A stretch of 64,000 bases of DNA, from contig JAKMXF010000233.1 of the NCBI GenBank assembly GCA_024704765.1, positions 434,001-498,000 of the forward strand. Direction: 5' to 3'. Position numbers and translations under genes: made by a program. This DNA is from Oopsacas minuta (taxonomy: Eukaryota > Animalia > Porifera). The notes under the pieces are model-generated. The model was not told the origin of the DNA and did no database searches. It was given only the letters and a program-made list of their open reading frames with translations. Of this stretch, positions 53,749-64,000 are shown one piece after another (the stretch's first letter is position 1; each line of letters opens with the position of its first letter).

Positions 53749-54990
53749 CTAATCAGAAAATATTTGTAGAGCAAAGTTTGCATTATCAGACAAAGAAATC
53801 AGTTTGCTATTTTTGTGTAATGCAATGCCTTTTGGGTAGTCAAACATTCCAGCTTGGTGTCCTTGCTGTCCTATCGTGTGTAGGAGGTCACCTTCTGGTG
53901 AATACACCTTGATATTGTCAGTCCAGAGGTCGCTTATTAGTAGGTTATTGTGCCCGTCAAGACAGAAGAAACATGCCATCTTAATTTGCATTCCATTTTC
54001 ACCTCTGGTTATTAGGGAGCGGGTCTTCTCGCCTGAGAGAGTAAACACATGAATGCATGGATTGTCGACTGCGCTCAACACAAACATTTCATTGTTTGTG
54101 AATTTAACATCAAAGGGACGTGACATGGTTTGGTGTTGTAATGAGCCATTGAATTCCAGATTTGTTGTCATGATTTGGAGTCTGTGATTGTGATCATCTG
54201 GTACATAGAGGTGTTGATTAGGAGAGATGGCGAGTTGTCGAGGAGAATCGAACTCTTCACCACCAGATCCTTTGCTGCCGACTTGCTTTATCATTGTTAG
54301 GCAAGAGAGTTTGAATTGAAAGATAGCGTGATGTCCTGTGTCTGTGACATAAATGTTGTCCTGATTGATTAGGATGCCCGATGGTTTGAAAAGGTGCTGG
54401 CAGCCGAATTGGTTCAGATGTTCTCCTTCCTGTGAGAATATTTGGATTCTACTGTTGTCCATATCTGCCACATAAATGTGTCCAGATTCTGTATCAATTG
54501 AGACACCTCGTGGCCAGTCTAACTCCCCGGGACCTGATCCTCGCTTCCCAACAACAACAACGGGCTGTTGGAATGCTGAGTAGTTGGGGATTTGGATCTC
54601 ATGTTGAGTGATCTCTCCCAGACAGGCGATACATTCCTCGAGGTCATGTGTATCACACATGAACCTCAGTTCTTGAGGTGGGGATACTTTAGCGTGTATT
54701 TCAGCCCTCTTAGCTTCCATCTCTGCAAACATTTTGTCCTGCATGGACTGAAGCAGATTATGGGTTATTTGGCCTTCTAGAAGTGTGCGGGCTTCCAACA
54801 GCTGTTGATCGATTTGTTTAGGCGCCAACTGATTGGCCCTGATCTCTTCCCGCCTGTTCCTTAAGGTGGTTAAGAGATGGATCCTTCTCTGATTGAGGAT
54901 GGATATCAACCTGTCTATTGATTGGTTGATTTCTACCTCTATGGGGTCGAGAAGTGGCATGCAGATTGTCTCAGGAAATTGTGTCGCCAT
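53749..54990 (-). CDS. Coiled-coil plus NHL beta-propeller protein, intronless, copy B (inverted paralogue of 47191-48429)
   Basis: Same N-terminus MATQFPETICMPLLDPIEVEINQSIDRL and the same NHL repeat scaffold; 413-aa intact ORF. Confidence 0.88.
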   Translation of the reverse strand: MATQFPETICMPLLDPIEVEINQSIDRLISILNQRRIHLLTTLRNRREEIRANQLAPKQIDQQLLEARTLLEGQITHNLLQSMQDKMFAEMEAKRAEIHAKVSPPQELRFMCDTHDLEECIACLGEITQHEIQIPNYSAFQQPVVVVGKRGSGPGELDWPRGVSIDTESGHIYVADMDNSRIQIFSQEGEHLNQFGCQHLFKPSGILINQDNIYVTDTGHHAIFQFKLSCLTMIKQVGSKGSGGEEFDSPRQLAISPNQHLYVPDDHNHRLQIMTTNLEFNGSLQHQTMSRPFDVKFTNNEMFVLSAVDNPCIHVFTLSGEKTRSLITRGENGMQIKMACFFCLDGHNNLLISDLWTDNIKVYSPEGDLLHTIGQQGHQAGMFDYPKGIALHKNSKLISLSDNANFALQIFSD

Positions 54991-55572
54991 TGCAAATTGT
55001 TTTTTGATGAAAATTACTTGTTTGAATTGAGTTTAATGTTTGTTTGTTTGTTTGTTTGTTTGTTTGTTATTTACGAATAATTTATAGTTTCTATTGAATT
55101 AATAGTCTCAAATACAAAACTGCTGAACTGACACAATTAGTGGAAACATAACCACACTTCTCAGTAGATTGTGTCGTGTGACCACTTCTATGAACTCTGT
55201 TCTTGTGACACAATATTATCATTTTGTTTATTCGACAACTTTCTACATTATAGCAGCCACCTGCTCAGTTGAGTGGATCCAATTTACTCGAATATGAATA
55301 CTTGTTTGTAATTATTAACAATTAGAGGACAGATAAAATACTCAAAGCATTCCTGCTTTATGAAAGATAACGAAAGCAATTCTATAATCATTCATTAATA
55401 AATCAAATTCCTGTAAAATTGGACAACAAATCTATCACGATAAATGAAAAATACTCATAAACCACAATTTGATATAGATACATCACATATTTGGTACGGT
55501 GAATGCCGGTTATAAGAACATCGTTGCGAACTGGACATAATGTTCTTATAACCGGAATCTTGCATGTTAATA

Positions 55573-55734
55573 CAGTGTAACCTCCACACACGAGGTGGTA
55601 AGGACGCCAAAATGCTACAACGTTTCCCAGTACTCACAAATTCCACGTTTGTGGAGGTTCATTAGTACGGGACCAGGAATTCGCTCCTTATATTTCTTTC
55701 CGTTCCTGCAGGTCTCGTTTGCAGAGGTCCACTG
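55573..55734. mobile_element. MITE family D, full-length with TA TSD
   Basis: ta|cagtgtaacctccacacacgag ... ctcgtttgcagaggtccactg|ta; fragments at about 5150-5240, 12845-12905, 14400-14440, 27470-27580 and 36630-36700. Confidence 0.75.
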
Positions 55735-55959
55735 TATAATTTGATAAACGAGGAAATACAGAAACGCTTCTTATGCATCCCTGATCCCCAAATTGGTCCA
55801 AGGGGCTATCTTTGTAAAAAGGTGGCGCCAGAATACCACGAAGTTAAAAATAAAATCTTCTTAATTAATATACACAATATTCAGTCATAATATAAAATCA
55901 CACTTCACACAACTCCAAACCGAAGCCATTTACAAACATCTGTAAAATATGTAAGTGAA

Positions 55960-58900
55960 TTACTTTTTCGCGGGTTTTAAAGTTTGTGACATCATATTTT
56001 TGAAATTTTTTGTATTATTTGCTAGTCGCCAAGTATGTTGCGGACGACTTATCGTCCCTGAACGATCAAAAAATTTATTTTCTAACCCAGAACAACGATC
56101 AGACACTTCATCCAACTTTATTGCCAGCTGTCCAAGAACCTTCTTGATTTCTTGGAACTCAGTTTGTTCTACTTCATTCTCGTCTTCAGTTTTCCGTAAG
56201 GACATAGCTCGTAACCATGGGAACCATTCCGTGGACTCTTGATCAATTTGGTTTTGGACGTAAGATTCAGGTCCTGTGTACTCTGTGTGTGACTTTTCTT
56301 TTAAGTAAGCTCTGAATTGCAAATAGTGCCAGACGTTATGCTCCTTGGAAATATGAGCTTCAAATTTGACAGCCTTTTTATCAAAATTGGAACGTTTAAG
56401 TCCACATATGAAACAGGAATTATTCAGGATGTCTTCTTGTTCGCTTTGGATTGAGCGGAGATTCGCGAATGTGTCGACAATCACACCTATTAGAAGTAAA
56501 TAATAAACAAATAGTTCATTCAGTGTAACTTTTGAGATGCTTGGAACGCCGAAAATGCTACCACTTTTCCTATTTGTTGAGGGACAAACAAACAAATAAA
56601 CAGACAGACAGACAGACAGATAGATAGATAGCCAAACTTACAGCAAAACAAAATAACGGAAACACAAATAAACAAACAAACAAACAAACAAACAAACAAA
56701 CAAACATTCTAACTAACCAAGTATTAGATTAAGTGTGATAACAATAATAAGAAAGAAGAATGCCATATCATAAATTATCCTCAAATAGTAATGTGGCTGA
56801 TCATCCTTAGAAGACTTCTTTAACACGTCACCAATACCTCCTCCTTGTCTCATCCCCTGCCATAGAGTAGTGAGGACACAGAAAAATAGGCTCTCACAGG
56901 TCTTCTCTGATTTGTCAACGTCATCACAGTCAGACCTAATTTAGATACATAAAGTAACACCTTCTTGTATATACTGTAGATTCCGGTTAATATGCTGACA
57001 TCGGTATCAGGTCATTTTGACTCGATTAATCGAGTCTACTGTCCATTTGTGCAATTGGACAGTGTTGTTCGAATTAACGAGGATGTATTGCATTAACAAA
57101 ACTCACAAACTGCCGTCTGCACATCCAAGAGGGTCATATAACACCCAATAATCATCTTGAAAGAAGAGATACCCCAGAATAGAGAATATGTAAATGAGAA
57201 TAAGTGCTAATATAAATGTTAGCATAATAGAGAACCAATTCTTCGTGACACTCCGTATTACATTCTGTAGAGTAGTTTCTCTGTGGACAATGTCGAATAA
57301 CTACAAATAATAAATAGAGTTAACTCCTGTCATATCTCAGCTCAAAGGACCGTGATACGTACTCCGATATGACCAATGATAGATATGCTATTTGACGGTT
57401 TAGGACCATATTTGTACAATTCACACTTCGGCATATCCGTGTTAGATGTAACGGGAATTGATTGTATAGAATTTACACTAGTAATAAAAATAATTTTTTT
57501 CGGTGATTATTCATATTTTCACACCTTTTGGGTGAAAATTAAAATGATATCTAGTGCACAAATATGCGAAAAATCACATTCCAACTTACCAACAAACAAC
57601 AGAAGAATGGATGAATAAAGAAGCCAAGAATACAGATCGCTAAATATATACAATGATAGTAGAATTCTTTATCTGGTTTTTCTTGAGTTTTCCAGAAGTT
57701 ACTGTCTGTATACAGGCCTCCATGATTGCCTAGATAGCTCAGAAAAAATACTGACGCATCGATAATCTACAAATATGGATATCTGTTATTTATACGGTGT
57801 TGTCCCAACGGGGCCAGGACTCTAATTCCAATCCCATAGATCCATTGTTGGGTTAAGCTGGGTCGAATGTGTTCCCATGCTTACACCCACCGGTATTTCA
57901 CGTTATTCCCCCTATTCCACTTGAAAATATCCAGAAATATAGCAAAAAATAATTATCCAGGAAGGTTTGGCAAGTTGTGTTCCCTTTGTGAGAGAGAGGA
58001 TAATTCATTTTATACTAACATTCATGACACCTTCAAATATTGGCTATGGGATAAATTCTTTGGCATATATTTCACCAATTCACAGTAAACAAACAAACAA
58101 ACAAACAAAACAACAAAACAACACCTCAATTACCTGCAATAGACCCAGTATAAGAAGTACAGTTCTCATGCTAAAATATCCAATAGTCAGAATTAGAGTT
58201 AGAGAGAAGAAAGATAGAAAAGTGAACGCATATCTTAGAGATTTTCTCTCAGAACCGAAATACCCAGAGGCTGTTAGGTAACCTCCTAGACCTAACCAGA
58301 CTAGTAACCATCTCCACACATCTATCTCAGCTAGAAGAATATATGTACAGCTGATTAATACAAATACGAATACACTAAGGGACCGTTAAATATGTGCGGA
58401 ATAGTGACAATTTTAACACCTATAACTGTATATTCCAGAGCACCTTTGGGGAGTAACAATACATGTTCTAATAACCGGTATAAATATACAGGAATATATG
58501 AGAACCGTTTCCAGAGGATGGTGCTTATATCCGGTATCCACTGTATTTCCAATTCAATGTAATCAAAGGAATATTCCTGTGCCTTGGCGAGGTGTTAAGT
58601 GGCTCAGATCGTGCCATCTCGACACAAAACTTACTTTTGTCGAATGGGTAGTACAGCGCTAGAATCATATTAATAATCAGAGCAAATGAGAACTTAAAGT
58701 CAGACCAAGTTCCAATTCTATTAGTGATATACACTCTCCAATCACTGGTTTTCAATCTCTGTTTATTCTCCATAATACTATATAAATGTTCAAATTCCTT
58801 GAAAAAGTAGTCGACACGAGATCCTTTGTTATCTGCTCTGGCATTTTTAAGGAAGGCAATTTTGGTCTGTTCATCGAGGTGATTACAGATCTCTGGTTTT

Positions 58901-61900
58901 GGGAATACAATTCGTTCCATTCTGATTTTATCTGAGTCTTGTCGAACAATCTATAATATGGAAAGATTTTAATCAAAGAAATTCAAGGAGGGATACTCTT
59001 GGTCAGCAGTTCCCGACCCCTCGGTGGTTCACGGACGATAACACTTACTTCTATAGAACTAGTATTCTGTGCAAAGTATGACAAACCAGAATTATTAGTA
59101 TTTTTAAGACTCTCCTTCTCTTCTTTCTCACTCTCACGCTTAATCAGCTCTGCTAGGGGCCGTTGATGCTGAGACAGCTGATGAGCTAAGATGTATAAAC
59201 TGTGTCCTGTGTTATTTAGCTGTTCTCGCTATAGAATAAATATCAGATTTGTGGCAATTAAACTACATATTAACCCTGTATAAATTTGAATCTCACGATC
59301 GACACTATGTGTCCTTCAAACACCTAGATACACCCCCTGTATATGACTAACCCTCTCTTGGTTCTCTTCATTATCCTCCAATGTATTAGCGTCTCCTCTC
59401 AACTTCTGTATCATAGAAATAAGATTCTCTTTCCTCATTCTTAACAGTATCTTATCAGAAATATCAGTTTCATCACGGGACTCCATCACAGCTAGTAGTG
59501 TAGTTATAGCTGTGCTACGGACATCCAAGTTACGAGGGGTGTCAATGTCACTGACGATTAGAGAGGATATTAAATCAATAGCTAAGGTGTCCGGTGAAGC
59601 TATACAATCCTATAAACAAGAATATAAACACTTGGAACTCTAGATAATGGAACACGATTTGTCCGTCCGTTGGTGTTCTTATTAACGAAGTTCCACTGAT
59701 AAATGAGAAAAACCGATTCTTCTACTTCCTGCTATATTCACCCAATATTCAACATATCCACACCGTGTGCCACTGTGCCACAAATAGTAGACTTTCCCAA
59801 TACGTTTAGGCCACATTAACCTACCTGATTTTCATTACAAGGTCCTTGACAATACTCAGTCAAAGTCTCCAGACACTGTATCAGTAATGATTCATTATCT
59901 TTATTGATATAAGCAGATATAAGACCCAGACCAGCTGTTGTTCCTCCACAGATAGACTCCAAGAATTGTATAGTCTCTTTCACCATGCTTGGGGTGCTGA
60001 CTCGTAGGAATCTCTGCATACTAATGTCATGATTTTCACACAACAGCTGTAAATATCTTAAAACTGTTTTCATACACGAGAGCTCTGTTAGTGTCGATTC
60101 TGTTAATTGTGTTAAATCACACATTCCAACTACACTCTTTGGTCGGTAGGCAGGATCTTGTTGTCCTGCTTGCATAGCTGAATTCTTGATTTCTATCTGA
60201 GCTTTGTCGATACATTTCTTCACAGAAACGAAGAATTCATCCATAGGGAATACTTGGAAATAGGAGTTTAGCGATTTCTGTAGAAAGTATATTAAGATTG
60301 AATTTGTGTATTTGTTTGTTTGTTTGTATTTTCTCACCTGCACTTCTCTATTACCACCATTCAGCAATGCAATTCCTAATCTCAAAGATTCATTAAACAG
60401 AGCTATCTGACTAGATTCCTTCTTCATAGAATTCCTAACCAAGTAAATAACTAGTTGAGATATCCGTTGAGAATTGAGGTCACATTGTCTAGCTATAATC
60501 ATAGGTCTACTATTGATATCGTCTACATCTTCTGTATAGTGATAGTCGAACAGACGCTGGACAGGATTTGATTCTTCATCTGGGAGTGATTGACTTAGTC
60601 TGCGTTTTCTGTAGTCTCTTGTACAGAAGTATATCATGCACTGCTGTCGAGCTAGATTGCAGAGTTTCTCCTAGAAAGATTACAGTTTACTTCCCGTTAT
60701 ATCGAAGCTCAAGGACCGTGATAAGTACTCGATATAACCGAGGGAATATATGTTGCTTTGACGGTTTGGGACCATATTTGTAGAATTTTAGACTTCGACA
60801 TAAGCGGGTATTCGATAGATCCGTCAAATGACAGTACTCACCTTTTTATTCATTTCCTCCTCGCTATCAAATTCACATATTCCTAAGTACGGAGTCTCGA
60901 TATACTCCCTCAAAGTTTTCAGAGTTGACAAGCAAAGATACTCATTTGACTTAGCACAATTCTCAGCAATATCCATCAATGCATTTATATGTTGCCTGTT
61001 CTTCATTGTTTCAGTTATTGGCAGGTCAGGAGGGAATAGATCCGCTGGGTGAATGAGACAAGCGATTAGGACAAATGTGTCGACATCTATTAAAGGGCTT
61101 AGTTCTGCTTCTAAGTGGTTCGTGAAGGCCTATTGGACAGGGAAGGAGTGGAAAAGGTTACATGGCAGTTGTTTGTAAACTCATAAAATCTTAAATTAAA
61201 GCACTTGTTGGAGTGTCCGTTTGGGAGACTCCACTGGTATAATATTCTACTAATTACTCATAAGGTAATCTCTAGGACAATTTGAAATATTCACCAAAAG
61301 GTATGAAAATATACACATAAGAAAATTCAAATGTTAGGGGCACAACTAGAAACCACTAAGAGTATGCATGCCAAATTTGGTGTCTTAATCTCTAAAGGTG
61401 TGACCAGGAGAGTGAAAGTACAAATATTATAGTCAGGCTTAAATAAAAATGAAAATACACCAATTCTCCACACACACACACATACCTGCAGTATTCTATT
61501 AATAGGATGGGAGTTAGCGAGGGACACCTTGGGGAATAGATTCATTGAATAATACAGGAATAGTGGAGTAACTGGCGTATTCACTTATTAATATAAGAAA
61601 TGAAGATTGTAGATAAATTGGTAATGTATATTCGTACTGTGCCGACACTTAGTGCCTAGAAATGATAGTGCCACTGGAATAACTTCAAAGAATATACTAG
61701 GCTGTTGGCATGGAAATCCCAGAGGAGTGCTGGCAAGAATAAACCAAGGGTTTTGTCTACACAAACGGCTCAAAATTTCGAAAATAACTGTAAATATGAA
61801 TATCATAACTCACAGATATAGTGCATTCAATATCTTGACTCTTATCAATAGTCTGTTTCCGTTTCGTCAGCTTAGAACCTGTTGTTGATCTCACCATCTT

Positions 61901-64000
61901 ACGAACAACAAACAGCTGTTTAATGTTCTAAAAATAGATATTCATAACACATTCCTTTTACAAAGTATCGTTGATCTAATTGGAACTTTGGGTCACCCGT
62001 AAATGCCAATCAGATATCAGGAAGAGCCCAAACCACCAAATATTTGTGAGTTGCCATGGTAACCAAAGGTTCATCTATTATCTGGGTTCTTGGCTGGCAA
62101 AGTACCAGTTCAGCAGCAATGAAGGACACAACCTTCGACCGTGAGACTCAAATATGCGAGGATCAATATGTCACCGTCCAAAAACGTGCCATTCCAGGAG
62201 AGTCCTTGTCACAGAAGTATGACAAATCCCCAAATTCCCCAAATATTTGTGAGTTACCATAGTAACGGCTACATACCTGTACAGCTTCATTGACAACGGC
62301 ATCCAATTCAGGAGGGAATACAGCAATCCATTCTTTGCTGAGTTTATGTATGACCTCTAAACAATTTTGCACAGCTACCCATTGAGCGTCTGAGAAATCT
62401 GGATAGAGGTTTTTGGAGGCCAGCAGCTGGGCTATATGTTGAATTAGTTGTATGAATATTTCTGAGTGTTTTGGCTAGATAAACGCAAATAGAAATGTAA
62501 ACAATGGGTGTTGTGCCCGTTTAAATGAGCGGGGTCCCCAACCAGTCGACCCCCCTGACCTCCTCCCATATACTCCTTGCTGTCCGTAGGCCAAAAAGGT
62601 GTCCAAGAACCGCAGGTTGGGAACCACTCGTATAATTTTTATGAATTCGTGGCTAAATAACCGAAGTGATTCTAATTAGAGATGTTAAAATAGGACTGTT
62701 AAACCTGAGAGAGTCTTCTCTGTGTATTATTAGCATAGCCAGAGGAAAAGGTGCTAACAATTGGAACTATGAAATCCATAACATAAGTCTTCCGATGTGC
62801 TTCTTGAGCACTCAAACCTCCAGGTTCTGTATGTTTAAACACCTAACAAAATAAGGAATTCAAAACATACACAAGAGACTCTTGTTGATACGCTAGGGAC
62901 CGTAAAATTTGAAAACTTCCCGCCTATATTATAAATTTCCTGTGAATATCTTAGAATTCCAATGATGTTTTGTGGTATCTAGGTTGTATTGAATGAATAT
63001 TTACTCACCATAGCAATATCGTATATGAAGTATTGTAGAATAGTCCACAGAGTTTTCTTGTTTATAAGGTCAGGGTCGAATATGACGTAAGCATGTAGGA
63101 GTAGGTTAGCATACTCCTTCTTAACCTAAGAGAGATTAAAGGTAAACAAACAACAAACTATCCAACTAACAAGTAAGGAAGCTAACAAACAAGTAAACAA
63201 GCTAACAAACAGGTAAACAAACAAACAAACAAACAAACAAACCTCTGCATTCGTAATACTACTATTACATAACACCTTAGCCAAATCCTCTAAAGTAATA
63301 ATAGACTGACACTTGAGTATCGTGTGTCCATTCCTACCCTCTACACAGAGGGCGATTAGCTTTATCAAGTTTAGATGATATTTATACCCTCTTAACAGGT
63401 CCTCATTGTTCCTATACATTGATTCTTCTAACATTTGTAGGGATTTCTCATCGTTACAGAGTTTTAGTACATCATCTGAACTCATTAGCTAAAGGGGTAA
63501 TAAAGTGTAACTTCCACGAACGGTGTAACAGGGGGCCAAAATGAGACCCCATCTGGGGAGGTTCATTTCTATGGGCCTAGGAATTCGCTCCAGAAGTTCC
63601 CCGTATATTTATTAAGGTAATGGGAAGAGCTATGAACTTGAAACTTGGTATGTAGGTGTCATATGATATATATTTTAGAAGGTGTTAAAATATCTAAGCC
63701 AAATTTTGACACATCTCTGAGAAAAGGTGATAAATGCTATGGCCACTCAGATTAGAGGGTTTACCCAATTCATACCAATTGACTCAAATTGGACAAAATA
63801 GGTGTCAAATGGACCAATTATGTATGAAACACGTAAATAAACAGACTCACAGTATTCATGATAATATCCTGATTCTTCACAATACATTTATTCTGTACTT
63901 TGACTACTGTTTGAAAGAAGTGTAAATATGCCATATTTGGTACTGATTCCTTCTCTATAGCTGAGATAAATTTCTGGATAATATCCTCTGTTACTTTCAT
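55960..64000 (-). CDS. ITPR: Inositol 1,4,5-trisphosphate receptor, 3' half only (5' part off-window), multi-exon
   Basis: RIH-associated [37 protein letters not shown]; [15 protein letters not shown]; pore [39 protein letters not shown]|[10 protein letters not shown]; zinc-finger tail [33 protein letters not shown]; stop at 55960. Confidence 0.95.
57317..57464. mobile_element. MITE family A copy (ITPR intron)
   Basis: agttaactcctgtcatatctcagctcaaaggaccgtg ... gatgtaacgggaattgattg|ta. Confidence 0.75.
60683..60830. mobile_element. MITE family A copy (ITPR intron)
   Basis: ta|cagtttacttcccgttatatcgaagctcaaggaccgtg..gacggtttgggaccatatttgt. Confidence 0.72.

Noticed and set aside
62000-62280. 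Mutually exclusive ITPR exons (YYGNSQIFG and YHGNSQIFG)
   Set aside because: A canonical donor (cag|gtatgt) precedes the first copy, the second is followed by a stop, and the flanking exons join in phase without them; treated as intronic DNA motifs instead.

Overview
Eukaryotic, AT-rich, gene-dense metazoan genomic DNA with short GT-AG introns. The mix of tiny introns, nested genes, intronless coiled-coil-NHL paralogues and acceptor-like YAGs just before start codons best fits a compact sponge genome such as a glass sponge (Hexactinellida); this is an inference only. I reconstructed 18 protein-coding genes by hand: a plexin (3' end off-window) that hosts an orphan 352-aa gene and TTLL4 in its introns; a pleckstrin (PH-DEP-PH) that hosts EXOSC7 in an intron; POMGNT1; TTC25/ODAD4; DNAJB9; USP19-like; a NET1/ARHGEF3-like RhoGEF; ING4/5; MRPS26; COPZ1; RPL24; GALE; two inverted coiled-coil-NHL paralogues bracketing a villin; and the 3' half of an IP3 receptor. 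Introns carry many non-autonomous DNA transposons (MITEs) of several families plus micro- and minisatellites. No autonomous transposase, rRNA, tRNA or CRISPR array was found. Strongest leads: (i) a window-wide signature of spliced-leader trans-splicing and possible operons, including ING and MRPS26 start codons only 23 bp apart head-to-head; (ii) an inverted NHL gene pair with near-identical promoter and N-terminus but propellers that differ mainly at predicted ligand-face positions; (iii) a 70-bp copy of a pleckstrin exon end in POMGNT1 intron 1 that forms a candidate poison exon; (iv) an orphan gene nested on the same strand inside a plexin intron. Exon boundaries were read by eye and internal exons are not all resolved.
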